From: Octopus vulgaris
Lineage: Eukaryota
NCBI GenBank assembly: GCA_951406725.2
Contig: OX597816.1
Location: 71,610,001-71,674,000, forward strand
Length of the DNA stretch: 64,000 nucleotides
Direction: 5' to 3'
How positions within the stretch are numbered: the first letter of the stretch is position 1; each line of letters opens with the position of its first letter. The notes under the pieces were generated by a model. That model saw only the letters and a list, made by a program, of their open reading frames with translations. It was not told where the DNA came from and made no database searches. Shown here piece after piece: positions 31,306-44,673 of this stretch. The position numbers were made by a program, and so were the translations under genes.

Positions 31306-32093
31306 TTTACATTTTTAGGCGTTTCATGACATTAATTCACACTTAACCAACACCTGTCCTTCGCTCACCTCTATTTCTATCCATTCATCATCAAACCACC
31401 AGCCTCATCTTCTATATCCAACGTACATGACACATCTACCCCTACATCTACACTCTCACTGTTAAAGTTTACATAAGCGACAACACGATCGCAACATACA
31501 CTTTGGAAACTAAGCAACAGTTCATTTTATACAACAACAAATTTAATCATAACGCCCATCAATGAAAACATCTCCACCACTGTGTTGTGATTCATCTATT
31601 CAACACCACTACAGTCTTGCCGGTCTGACATATGGTGAGTAGATGCTATTGTTCTATATTTTATAAATTACCCATATTTACTTACCCATGCTTCATTCCC
31701 CTCTTGCCTACATAGGGCATCCATTCTCTTTTAACACAGCAAGGAGTTTTGTAACAGCACATCCGCTGCCGTTCGTGGAAAACGAAGAGACCCTATTCAC
31801 CTGCGAACGTTTTACACCGCTTTCCACGACTATCAAATTCTTACAATTATGAGAACAATAACATGGCTCTTTTCAAGGCAACCTCGCATTCAATTCTTAC
31901 ACCATTCTACGAGGGGTTAGGAACCCCTTTACACGGTTTTCTATACACTTACAAATACATTCATTCGCCGTAAACTTATATCAATATTTGCCTGAATAAT
32001 CATCATAATTCAGTGCAATCATTAACAGTACTTTCAAGCAATTCAGCCCCGAGCATCGCCGGACAATTCTGCTAGTATATATATATACAGTAT

Positions 32094-32182
<89 letters not shown>

Positions 32183-32259
32183 TATATATATATATATAAC
32201 AGTATGTACATATACATATATATATACAGTATGTGTATATATATATATATATATATATA

Positions 32260-32757
32260 CTAGCAGTATCGCCCGGCGTTGCTCGGGTTTGTAAGGGAAA
32301 TAACTATATAAGCATTTTTAGAGAGTTACTTCCCTTATAGATGCCAATTTGGGCTTTCTTAGCCATTTCTGTTTTGGTGTCTTCAAGCCATGAAGTCGTT
32401 GTTCTAAAAGAACGCTGGTCTCCTTGACAACGCTTTACGACGTTAATTTCCTTACACTCCCTTCCCCACAGCTTCACGAGGGAGGGAAGAAGGGGGAGAG
32501 GCAAACAGGTGCAGGTGTGACCATGGACGCCAACTCCGCCGCCATCGACGCACGAAAAATTATGCATTAAAATGGAATAAAAAATGATGTTAAATTATTT
32601 TTAAAATTGTAGACTCATCGTAGACGCGCGCTAATACTCAGACGGGCTCGATATGAATCACGACTATAAGATACCCGAATTTGGTTAAACTACACCGCAA
32701 AATGTGGGAGTAGTTAGGAATCTAAATCGAAGGGGACAGACACTCACACAACTACAG
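32260..32757 (-). mobile_element. Non-autonomous Helitron
   Basis: Same 3' end cccgagcaacgccgggcgatactgCTAG|T; body matches 43345-43750 in reverse complement. Confidence 0.85.
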
Positions 32758-33092
32758 ACCGGGCTGCGTGTTGTGTTTTTGAGCAAGACACTTTATTTCA
32801 CGTTGCTCTACTTCATTCAGCTGTAGAAACGAATTGCGACGTTACAGGTGCCAGGCTGTGTCGGCCCCTTTGCTTTTTCCTTGGATAACACTGGTGGCGT
32901 GGAGAGGAGAGGCCGGTATGCATGGGCGACTGCTGGTCTTCCATAAACAACCTTGCCCGGAATTGTACCTGGGAGGGTAACTTTCTAGGTGCAATCCCAC
33001 GGTCAGTCATGACCGAAGAGGGTCTCAGCATGCATGTATGCATGTATGTATATATTTACGTATGGACTATAGATGGATGATGGATGGATATA

Positions 33093-33291
33093 CGAGGACG
33101 TGCTGAAAAGTTCCTGGCTTTGGGTAAAAGAAAATACAGGAGGATCAGTTAATTATGATCTTATTCGACATAGTCCTCTCACAGAGTCATGCACTATTAC
33201 AGTAGCCCTTGTGAAAGAACAAGGAAGGTTGAGCCTCCAACCAGGCCTTTCGTGACTTACTTAAAGCCAGGAACTTTTCAGCGCCCTCTCG
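33093..33291. mobile_element. Mariner-derived MITE
   Basis: TA TSDs; TIRs cgag..gctgaaaagttcctggcttt / aaagccaggaacttttcagc..ctcg. Confidence 0.88.
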
Positions 33292-33989
33292 TATTTAAAG
33301 AATTCTCCAAAAAGGTTAGGAAACGCTTTTGTAAATGTATAAAAATTTACACTTCACTGCAAAGCTGTTCGTTCCTTCTTCATTCATATTCTATGAGTTC
33401 TCTTTGTCCAAACGTTGACTACTTCAATGTTTTCCTGAATGCTAAACTACAAGTCTAGTAACACACCAAGATATCTGAGATTCTGGCAGTATTCCACCAT
33501 TTCCCCAAACCATTTCATCCACGTATTCCTCTTGCTGTGAGTAGATGGCTATCTCTCTGGTATGAACGGCCAGGGGGCACCATACGTATGATATATTTAA
33601 TTTTGGTTTCACCATCTTATTAATTAATCAATTGATTAATTAATTTATTTATTTTTGATAAATTGTCGAGTAGAAGACACAAGCCTAAGGCACCGGGTAG
33701 GTACTTTCCTATTATCAACAGCCAATTTTTTTATTTACTAAAGTATTTGTAAATAAACTACACTCGTGAGACGGATGTAATAATTGTTGACCTTCGAAAT
33801 TTCAGGAATTGCTATCACTAACTCATCGGGAAAGTACCAGTAAAATTTTACTGGAAATGGACACAGAATTAGGGGGAAAATGCAAAAAATTAAAATATTT
33901 GGGATATAAAATTAGTTTGCTTTCTCTGAAAGAAACAATCACTCAATTCCTGGCATGTTCCCTTCTCCACGAGGAAATGAAAGTTATTC

Positions 33990-34541
33990 CGAAAGTCTTG
34001 CTTCCCAGCCATATGGTTCTGGGTTCAGTCTCACTGAGTGGTACCTTGAGCAAGTGTCTTCTCCTATTGCCTCGTGCCGACCAAATCCTTGTGGGTGGAT
34101 TTGGTAGACGGAAACCGAAAGAAGCCCGTCGTATACATATGTATGTTTATATTTGTGTGTCTGTCTCTCTCTCCACCTTCGTTTGACAACCGATGTTGAT
34201 GTGCTTACGCCCCTGTAACCTAGCGGTTCGGCAAAAGAACCGATAAAATAAGTCCTGGGTCGATTTGTTCGACTAAAGGCAGTGCTCCAGCATGGCCGCA
34301 GTCAAATCACTGAAACAAGTAAAAGAAAGTGTATTAGTTTATCCTTTATCTTTTACTTATGTCAGTCATTAGATTGTGGCCATGCTGGGGCACTACCTTG
34401 AAGAATGTTTAGCCGAATGGATCGATCCCAGTACTCATACTTTCTTAAAGCCTGGTACTTATTCTATGGATCTACTTTTGCCGAAATGCTAAGTTACGGG
34501 GACTTAAATACACCAACACCGGTTCTCAAGCGGCGGTAGGG

Positions 34542-34590
<49 letters not shown>

Positions 34591-34762
34591 ACGTATACGA
34601 CGGGCTTCTTTCAGTTTCCATCTACCGAATCCACTTACAAGGCTTTGGTCAACCCGCGGCTATAGTAGAAGAAATTTGCTCAAGCTGCCACGAAGTGGGA
34701 CTGAACCCGGAACCATGTGGTTGGGAAGCAAACTTCTTACCACACACCCAAGCCTGAGCCTA
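33990..34762. mobile_element. Tail-to-tail inverted pair of SINE B
   Basis: Plus copy 33990-34325, minus copy 34345-34762. Confidence 0.85.
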
Positions 34763-35074
34763 TATTTACTTATATTTTAAAGTAGCGGTCCCCAACCTTC
34801 CTAGATCGATCCCCAACCACCACAGATCGGTCTCACGCAAGACAATTCTTCCACGTCTACAACAAAACACAATAAAGTGCTTAGTTAGGCGGGATGGCAT
34901 CATTGGAAAGTTAAAGCAATGCAAGGAACCGCATTGTGACCAGCGGTGTATAACAACTGCCGATAGTCTGATAATACATATATATAACATGTATAATAAA
35001 GCATCCGGCAGGCCGAGATATTCAATAAAAGAGAAACAAAATTTAAAAATTTATTCGTTCTGTGCGGCTCGGAC

Positions 35075-35423
35075 ATTTTGGGAACTAGTCGATAACATCG
35101 ATCCCAGAATTTGACCTCGACAGAATTTGAACTCAGAACGTAATGACGGACGAAATACCGCTATGTATTTAGCCCGGTGTGGTAACGAATCTGCCAGCTC
35201 GCTTAATGGATGATCCTTTCTGTTGTAGGCACAAGGCCTGAAATTGGAGGAGAATAATCGATTATATCGACCCCAGTACTCGTCTGGTATTTTTTGTATC
35301 GACCGCAAAAAGATAAAAGACAAAGTCGACCTCAGCGGAGTTTGAACTCAGAACGTAATGACGGCCGTAATGCCGCTAACCATTTTCCACCGGCGTGCTA
35401 ACGATTTTGCCAGCTCGCCGCCT
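35075..35423 (-). mobile_element. Two SINE family A copies
   Basis: tttgaactcagaacgtaatgacgg..gccagctcgc twice. Confidence 0.8.
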
Positions 35424-35769
35424 TTGTTTGGTGAATAAAGACATCGTTTCGCGTTCGTGATCAAACCCGAAATGATGTCATAATGAAGCGAACTTGTTAA
35501 CAACCTGACTACGCACGCCTGTCTATACACCTTTCCTTTCTTAAGTACTTCAAACTCGATGTTCCAAGATGTTCCAAGTTCTAGAACTGAGGACAATACA
35601 CTCAACATGGGTCATGTTGACAGGTTGGGTTTAATTAAAACCAGATTCTGTCGTTATTAATTGTTTAAAAGCACCAAATGTGTAATTGTTTAATTACGGG
35701 CTATTGTTTAATTAGTGAGATAGTTTGTTCTCTTTTTCAAACTGTTGATTTTTGACTTTTCCGGATATC

Positions 35770-36018
35770 TTGTGGCGGCGGTGGGAGTAATGGAAGTGGT
35801 AGTTGTTAATGGTGAAGGCGATGGTGATTGTTATATCGCTGGTGGGGTATGGGTGGTAGCACTTCTGGTGGTGGTTGTAGTGAAGGTGGTGGTGATGGTG
35901 TTGGTTGTCGTGGCGGTAGTGTGGGGGTTGTTCTTGTTGTTGACGGTAGTGTTGCTGCTGCTGATGATGATGATGACTGCAGTAGTAGTGGTGGTGTTTG
36001 ATGTAGTTATGGTGGTGT

Positions 36019-36062
<44 letters not shown>

Positions 36063-36072
36063 ACAGCAGCAA

Positions 36073-36109
<37 letters not shown>

Positions 36110-36340
36110 GGTGGTGGTAGTAATAGTAGTAGTAGTAGTAACAGCAGCAATAATAGTGGTGGTGGTGGTGGTGGTGGTGGTGGTAGTAATAGTAGTAGTA
36201 GTAGTAGTAGTAGTAACAGCAGCAATAATAGTGGTGGTGGTGGTGGTGGTAGTTGTGGTAGTGGTGGTGGTGATGCTGGTGATGGTGGTAGTGGTGGTGG
36301 TGGCGGCGGTGTTAGTAGTAGTAGTTGTTGTTGTAGTCAA
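35770..36340. repeat. Mixed (GTA/GTG)n triplet repeats
   Basis: Directly visible; gives poly-V and poly-T ORFs. Confidence 0.95.
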
Positions 36341-36499
36341 CGTCGTATTCAAAACATAAAATGTTTAAATTCTCTGGAATCACTATAAACAGACATCAAT
36401 ATGAAAACATTGAGAAGCTCACTCACCTCAAAACACAGTTACGGTAACGTTAAGATTCCTATGAAAAGAAGCACTAACAGAAATCCATTTTTCCTGAAA

Positions 36500-37340
36500 T
36501 TACACACCTCTGAAAATTTATACACTTCCCACATGATTACACACCTTGCATAGTCACACAGCTTTCACAATAACACATATTCCACAATTACTTTTACCGC
36601 AACTTACGTATACAGTGATCCCTCGCCATATCGCGGTTCACCTATCGCGCACTCAGTACATCGCGGATTTTTCTGGCTAATATATGTAAATTTACATCAC
36701 AGACTCCTCAGTATATCCAGGTTTCTGCGGCCGAGGAGTATTTATATTTTTTGAGATTTTAATTATTTCTATGGGAGATTTTGGAACGTAACACCTACGA
36801 TATTTGAGGGATTACTATATTTCATAATCTTACATTTTCCACACTTACGCGTGTTCCACACTCGCGCAATTTCCGCTGTCACATATCTTCCACAACCATA
36901 CATTTTTCACACTAATACGTCTTTCACACGTCTGCTTTTGCACAACTTCCGATCACTTACAGGTCTTCCACACTGAAGTGTGTTCCACACTCAAGCAACT
37001 TCTACTATCGAATAACTTCCACATTCATACATCTTGCACACGTACGTATCTTCCATTCACACGCTTTTCCACACTTACGTGTCTTCCACACTTACGCGTC
37101 TTCTGCTATCAAACATCACCTGCAATCATATATCTTCCACATTTATACATCTTTCATTTTCACACGACACCCACATCTACGCATTTTTCACAATTACACA
37201 TCTACAACAACCACGTACCTTCCTCGGATACATATCTCCCATAATTACACACTTTCCCTAATCCTGCATCTCCCACAATAACACCACTTCAACACACATC
37301 TACATTTAAACATCCACAATGGCACAGCTTTCTCAGTGAT
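36500..37340. repeat. Degenerate minisatellite (cacacttacacatcttc-like)
   Basis: Recurrent tcttccacacttac units of roughly 17-19 nt. Confidence 0.7.
36613..36817. mobile_element. Tigger/pogo-type MITE
   Basis: TA|cagtgatccctcg...gagggattacta|TA imperfect TIRs. Confidence 0.75.
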
Positions 37341-38066
37341 ATACCTACCCTGATATGATAGATGGCACTATAACTTTGTGTTATTTCATATACATTTGCT
37401 AACTCCAATTTACGAACACACAATGCACAAACACCGCATCCTAGAAACAGCTGTAAAGGACTTACTGGATTATCCTTTCTCTTATCTGTGATGCAAGAAC
37501 ACAAATTCTCCGGATGTCTATTTATCTACGAAGAACTACTATGAAGACTTGCATGGATTCTTCCCATTGTTATCTGTGACATTAGAGCATGAACTCTCTG
37601 GATATCTTTCTATGTACGAGGAACAATTATGGACTTCCATTTTTGTGTTTGTTTTTTGCTGTCTTTCTCCTGAAAGGCATTGTGTTCTCCTGTCTGAAAA
37701 TTAGAATAACCATCCAACATTTCCATATCATTAGAGAATGCATCACCTCCGGGCTGTAGACTAAATTCGTTCAGACAGACTCAGAGAAGACCTTTCAGAA
37801 CTTGCAAATCTTGGAGCGAGATGGGAAGTTACCAAATCACGGAAAAGATAACGAACAGCGACGGAAGAACTTTGAGTAACAAACAACTGATTGCTTGTTT
37901 AACCAGCACATTAAACAAACGATCGATTAGTTAGTTGGTTAGATATTTAACCAATTGACTAACAATAAAGAAGTGTGACTGAATCTATGCGTGTGTTATT
38001 ATTATCATAATGACTCTCTTGTCACAATAAAATATATTTATTTACACATCTGTATAGCTATTTTAT

Positions 38067-38377
38067 GTGGAGGCACATGGCCTAGTGGTTAGAGCAGCGG
38101 ACTCGCGGTCAAGGGAATGCGGGTTCGAATCTCAGACCGAGCGTTGTGTGTGTTTATGAGCGAAACACCTAAGCTCCACGCGGCTCCGGCAGAAGGTGAT
38201 GGCGAACTCCTGCTGACTCTTTCGCCACAACATTCTTTCACTCTTTCCTCTTGCATCTTACTGCACACCAGCGACGGACCGGCGTCCCGTTCATGTGGGG
38301 ATCCTATACGCCAAGGAAACCGGAAAACCGGCCCTGTGAGCCAGGCGTGGCTCGTGAAGGAACAAACAACAACAACA
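38067..38377 (+). mobile_element. SINE family C variant, tail type 3, with TSD
   Basis: 13-bp TSD atagctattttat at 38054-38066 and 38378-38390; (AAC)n tail. Confidence 0.92.
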
Positions 38378-38579
38378 ATAGCTATTTTATAACTGTTTAA
38401 CAACCATCTGTCTATCTTCTGTTTTAACTTTATTTTCATTACCCTGACTGCTGCATTTCCAATAGCCAGTTGTTTAACTTGAACACGTCTCCTATCGTTT
38501 GATATTGGATTTCAGGTATTTGGTGATGTCTGACCACGAGTCTGTCTGTTTTACGCCTTTTGACGTGCTCTTACCCATT

Positions 38580-39005
38580 GCTCTGCGGCAAGGCGTTTGC
38601 TTCTCAACCACATGGCTTCGGATTTAGTCAGGTGTCTTCTGTTTTAGCCCCAACCAGCCAAAGCCTTGTTAGTGGATTTGGTAGACAGAAACTGAAAGAA
38701 GCCCGTCGCATGTGTGTGTGAGACAGAGAGAGAGAGAGAGAGAAAGAGAACGAGAGAGAGAATATGTGTATGGGTGTGTGTTTGTGTCTGTCCTCACACC
38801 ACCGCTTGACAACCGGTGTTGATTTGTTTACGTTCCCACAGCTTAGTGGTTCATCAAAACAGAATCAAAAGAGACCGATAAAATAATTACAGATTTGCAA
38901 ATACGTAGTGGGGTAGATTTGCTCGACTAAAACCTTTTACTAAAACCCTTCGAGGCGGCGTCCCAGCATGGCTGCAGTCCAATGAGTGAAACAAGTAAAA
39001 GAGCA
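38580..39005 (+). mobile_element. SINE family B, diverged
   Basis: Head, internal (GA/TG)n tract, and cagcatggctgcagtccaatgagtgaaacaag tail. Confidence 0.8.
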
Positions 39006-39315
39006 AAACAAGATAAACGAATTACAAATTGTGCGAGCTAATTGCAAATAAATTGATATACCACTTCAAAGAACGTTTGTTAAAGATTATATTATTGGTG
39101 TTGCACGAATTTTAGCAAAAATGATGTCTGACAGTGAACATGAACAATTATAGCTCAGAAGACACATCCTGGCCATTGTAAAAAAACACACAAAAACTGT
39201 TAGCTTAGGTAATTATTGTTTGATGTCAAAATCTTCGTCGCACCAGCTGCTGCCTGGTCACTGACGTGAATTCACTATAGCTCAATCGCGTCATTGACCA
39301 GATAGCAGTTATTGC

Positions 39316-40363
39316 GAAGGTGGTTGTGCGGTAAGAAGCTTGCTTCCCAGCTACATGGTTCCGGATTCAGTCCCACTGCGTGGAACTTTGGGCAAGTGTC
39401 TTCTACTATAGCCTCGGGCTAACCAAAGCCTTGTGAGTGGATTTGGTGGACGGAAACTGAAAGAAGCCAGTCGTATCTACTACATATGTGGAAAATCGGT
39501 GTGTGTTTGTTTGAGGCGTTGTTAGCTAACATCGTTTTATTGATTTTGATGAAACTTGACACTTGAGTAGAACTCATGTTTGGAAACCTCGTGACATACT
39601 TAGATTGAAAAAAATCGATAATACGGCCCCAGGAAGGGACGTTTATATATCCATTATATAACTATGTTTTAATAAACACCCAAGGGAAATAACCCATTTC
39701 ATTGTTTTCATACATATATATTACATTCATATATTACCTTTAATAAATTAGCCTTCATAATGTTCACCTTTAAAACATACAAGTCAATTGATACTATGCT
39801 CCACACCAATGATGCTGTACATTACCCCGTTGAATTCCTCAGTAGCCTTGCACCTTCAGGTCTACTTAAAGTTTGGAGCCCCAGTTATGCTTTTAAGAAG
39901 CCTCGATCCTCCAAAGTTATGCAATGGCACAAGACTTATTAAAACATTGATGCACACTTTGGTGGAAGCAACAATACTGACTGGGAAAGCAAGTGATGAA
40001 GATGTTTTCATTCAAAAGATTCCTCTGATTCCTTCCGACACACTAATTGATTTTAAAAGGCTACAATTCCCACTGAGATTAAGCTTTGCAATGAGCATCA
40101 ACAAAGCACAGAGTCAGACATTGGAAGAACCTCTGACAATCTTTTTTCACCAACCTCCGACAATCTTTTTCACCAACCTCCGTAAACCTCTCTCGCCAAC
40201 CTCCAACAATCTCTCCCTCCTCCAGATGACAGTTTCTGTACGTTTGCATGACGGAAAATGCACCTTTTGTGGCAATTATAACGAAATTGCTTTCTTATAT
40301 CAGAGTAATAAGGCGTTTCAATAGAACATCTTTACCCCCGGGAATTACCGGGTTCACCAGTTA

Positions 40364-40441
<78 letters not shown>

Positions 40442-40498
40442 GTATGTATATATATATATATATGTATGTATGTATGTATGTGTATATATGTATGTATG

Positions 40499-40548
<50 letters not shown>

Positions 40549-40790
40549 GATATATATGTATGTATGTATGTGTTTTTGTGTCTGTGTTTGTCTTCACATC
40601 ACCGCTTGACAACCAGTGTTGGTGTGTTTACGTCCCACGTAATCTAGCGGTTCGGCAAAGGGGCCGATAAAATAAGTACTAGGCTTTAAAAAAATAAGTC
40701 CTGGAGTCAATTCGTTTGACTAGAACCCTCCAAGGCGGTGCTCCAGCATGGCCGCAGTAAAATGACTGAAACAAGTAAAAGAATAAAAGA
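39316..40790 (+). mobile_element. SINE family B split by a Helitron
   Basis: 5' half 39316-39475; microsatellite and 3' half resume at 40365. Confidence 0.85.
39476..40364 (+). mobile_element. Internally deleted Helitron with a PIF1 fragment
   Basis: A|TC start; YKSIDT..HYPVEFL / GAPVMLLRSLDPPKLCNGTRL..RLQFPLRLSFAMSINKAQ; hairpin cccgg-gaatta-ccggg then TTAG|T. Confidence 0.85.
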
Positions 40791-40811
40791 ATAAAAAAAT
40801 AGTAAATAAAT

Positions 40812-41205
40812 TCTTTTATTCTTTTATTTGTTTCAGTCATTTGACTGCGGCCATCCTGAGCACCGCCTTTAGTCGAACAAATCGACCCCATGATTTATTC
40901 TTTGTCAGCCTAGTACTTATTCTATCGGTCTCTTTTGCCGAGGGACATAAACACACCGACGTCGGTTGTGAAGCACTGGTGGGGGGGAGGGAACAAACGT
41001 AGACACACAGACGTAAACACGCTATATATAAATATATATACGACGGGCTTCTTTCAGTTTCCGTCTACCAAATCCACTCACAAGGCTTTGGTCGGCCCGA
41101 GGCAACAGTAGAAGATACTTGACCAAGGTGCCACGCAGTGGAACTGAACCCGAAACCATGTGGTTGGTAAGCAAGCCACTTACCACACAGCCACTCCTGC
41201 GCCTA
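40812..41205 (-). mobile_element. SINE family B, near full length
   Basis: Ends cacagccactcctgcgccta; inverted relative to the preceding copy. Confidence 0.9.
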
Positions 41206-41975
41206 AATGAAGCTAATAGATTTTACTTTTGTTTTCGAATGGTTAATCTGCGTTTTCCTCGCTCGTAATTATTTTTGTTTCAACACTCGTTCTCAGATCT
41301 AATCACTTCCCAGGCAAGTACCCCTCTGAGAATATAAAATCGTTAGAGAACATTATTTATTATAGAAGGAAGACAACTTCTTCTAACCATATTAAAGACG
41401 GCTTGACTGACGTTCTTTCAATTATCGTTGGAACAAAACAACATAAAAATCTATGTTTTACTCGAAAGCTGTAGGTGAAACAACAGAATTGTAAATATGA
41501 TAGAGTTATATTTAATACATAGGATGACGTCTGGCTTTATAATTTGAAATGACTGACATTCTAAAATCGATGTATGTTGAACTATCACTGGTGAATTCGG
41601 TAACGGGTCATTTTGATAGTAACCATATTTTTTATGCGGCAAGCATGAAAATCTTAGCGGTGAAAACATTATCTATAGTGATCACGTGATTGAACAGAGT
41701 ATCGGATGTTGTTATACATCGCTGGTCACAATGTGCTTTGCAGTGTTTTAGCATTCGAACGACGCCACCACAGTGGCCCGGCGACAGACCAACATCTCCT
41801 CTGATCGGAAGGCTAGTCCGTCGCAGGGTTACTCATTACGGCTGAGTGGACTGGAGCAACGTGAGATGAAGTGCTTTTCTCAAGAGCATGATGCTTCAGT
41901 CCTGAATTCGAACCCACGATCTAGCGATCGTGAGAGTAACACCCTGACCACTAGGACACGCGCCTTCACTACTAT

Positions 41976-42395
41976 TTGTCCTACGAAGAAAGGCTGAGGA
42001 CGCTCGACCTTTATTCTCTTGAAAAACGCCGCCGCCGTGGTGATCTCATTCTCGCCCACAACATCATAAGCGGGAAGTGTAACCTCTCGAAAGAGCTGTT
42101 CTTCACTCCTGCTCCGGAGCGTCGGCTGCGGGGTCATTCCGAAAAGCTCTACCTGCGACGATTTCATCTCAATCGAAGGAGAGGAGCTTTCTCCGTCCGG
42201 GTTGCGGATCCGTGGAACAAGCTGCCAGACGAGATGGTGAAGATGCCGACGACCGCTTTGTTCAAAGCCTCCCTGAACCTCAAGTGGCCTGAACTCTTTA
42301 CATGAACACCACCCTGTACTTAACTCCATGTCCCCCTACATGGCCTTGCTATTTGCTTTTGAGCCAAATTAACTAACTAACTAACTAACTAACTA
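41976..42395 (+). mobile_element. CR1-clade LINE 3' end, 5'-truncated
   Basis: SYEERLRTLDLYSLEKRRRRGDLI..LRGHSEKL..FSVRVADPWNKLP..FKASL; (AACT)n tail; TSD-like actactat at 41968-41975 and 42396-42403. Confidence 0.92.
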
Positions 42396-43334
42396 ACTAC
42401 TATCCATAGAAGCATCTTACAAATGACTCATTGGTTTAAGAATGAATTAATAAACCGTCAACTAGATTCTAATACGTTAACGGCAAATCACTGTCATAGT
42501 CTCCAACAAGCTTTGTATTTCACAGCTTCTGAAAATGAACAATACGGTTTAAGTAACGACAATATCTATTAACTTCATTAAAAAATAATGGTCTAATCAA
42601 TAAATTTCAGATAATTTTGAAAATTCTCAAAGTGGAAATCAGTATCAATTGTACTTATGTGAACTCCTCTGATTAAGCAAAGAGTGGATGCCATTCAGGC
42701 ACCTGTTTATGCTGAATGATGAGGTGAAATATTTCATCGAATGTTAAAGAATTAATGACATTCTTCTTATATAGAATTTTATATAGAATTAGAGGGCCAA
42801 AACTGATTTGACATTATTGATCGACAATACTAACCGTATGAACGAGTAAATTCTGAATGTACAAGAGCCAAATCAGCTTAATACTACACTCGTATGCTTG
42901 CCAATATCAATGCCGCATTAATTCCTATCTCAACAGAAACACACAGAATGGTGAGACATACTTTATACAAGTGTGCTCCCCACGAGTTTTTTCTTCATAA
43001 CTTTCAGAAAAATGAATATTTCACAAGGAAATTTACTACAAATACACTTTAGATGGTGTAGATTACGACTGTATCGGAATTTATGAACAAAAATCTTTTC
43101 GGGGGGATATAGAGAGAAGTTTCAGAAAATTTATAGAAGTCGGCTTTGTTCCCTCATAACGTTCAGCAAAATGGGTAAGTTTTAACGAAATTTTCTCGCA
43201 GGGTTAGCTGTGTGATAAGAAGTTTGCTTCCCAACCACATGGCTCTAGGTTCGGGCACACTTCTATTATAGCTTCGAGCCGTCCGAAGCCTTGTGAGCTG
43301 ATTTGGTAGACGGAAACTGAAAGAAACTCGTCGT

Positions 43335-44340
43335 GTATATATATATAACTGTAGTTGTGTGAGTGTCTGTCCCCTTCTATTTAGATTCCTAACTACTCCC
43401 ACATTTTGCGGTGCAGTTTAACCAAATTCGGGTATCTTATAGTCGTGATTCATATCGAGCCCGTCTAGGTATTAGCGCGCGTCTACGATGAGTCTACGAT
43501 TTTTAAAATAATTTAACATCATTTTTTATTCCAATTTAATGCATATTTTTTCGTGTGTCGATGGCGGCGGAGTTGGCGTCCACGCTCACACCTGCACCTG
43601 CTTCTCCCCCTTCTTCCCTCCCTCGTGAAGCTGTGGGAAAGGGAGTGTAAGGAAACCAACGTCGTAATGCGTTGTCAAGGAGACCAGCGTTCTTTTAGAA
43701 CAACGACTTCATAGCTTGAAGTCGCCAAAACAGAAATCGCTAAAAAAGCTGAAACAGATCCACAAAAATGGCAATTACCGCCACACAGGGCAGGTTTCCT
43801 GTGCAAACAATTTGCACAACCGAATGTTTTAGTTGTTGCACAAATTTTTATATATAAAAGTAAGGTTGTGTGTCTGTCTCCTACGATTTAGATTCCTAAC
43901 TACTCCCACATTTTGCGGTGCAGTGTAACCAAATTCGGGTATCTTATAGTCGTGATTCAGATCGAGCCCTTCTGGGTATTAGCGCGCGTCTACGATGAGT
44001 CTACGATTTAAAAAAAATTTAGCATCATTTTTTATTCCATTTTAATGCATTTTTCGCTATTATATAAGGGAAGTAACTCTCTAAAAATGTCTACGATGAG
44101 TCAACGATTAAAAAAAATTACCATCATTTTTTATTCCATTTTAATGCATTTTTCGCTATTATATAAGGGAAGTAACTCTCTAAAAATGTCTACGATGAGT
44201 CAACGATTTAAAAAAAAAATTACTATCATTTTTTATTCCATTTTTAATGCATTTTTTGCTATTTTTTTGCTATAACTCACTAAAAATGCTTATATAGTTA
44301 TTTCCCTTACAAACCCGAGCAACGCCGGGCGATACTGCTA

Positions 44341-44341
<1 letters not shown>
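43335..44341 (+). mobile_element. Two tandem non-autonomous Helitrons next to a SINE B head (43200-43335)
   Basis: Repeated atttagattcctaactactcccacattttgcggtgcag (~43380, ~43887); 3' hairpin plus CTAG|T at 44338-44342. Confidence 0.85.
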
Positions 44342-44410
<69 letters not shown>

Positions 44411-44673
44411 CACGTATATATATGTATATAACAAAATACAGCAGGCACAAACAACATGCATAGGAGATCTAACTATATCTAGCGGGACATACCCTTCTTT
44501 ATGCAAGTACCTGATGTGACACAAACTGCACAGATTGATGCAACACGATTAGATGCACAAGATCTTACGCATAAAGGACAGATGCAGGGTGGGTCGAAAC
44601 GATCGTCGTGATGAATAAAGACTAGTGCTAAATCTATCTTCCGTTTCCTTCATCAATTTTATATATATATATA

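Larger units (their letters stand above)
29519..32075 (+). mobile_element. 5'-truncated Helitron (helicase half of RepHel plus 3' end)
   Basis: PIF1 helicase frame to 30974; 3' hairpin-like ccgagcatcgccgg followed by CTAG|T at 32072-32076. Confidence 0.8.
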
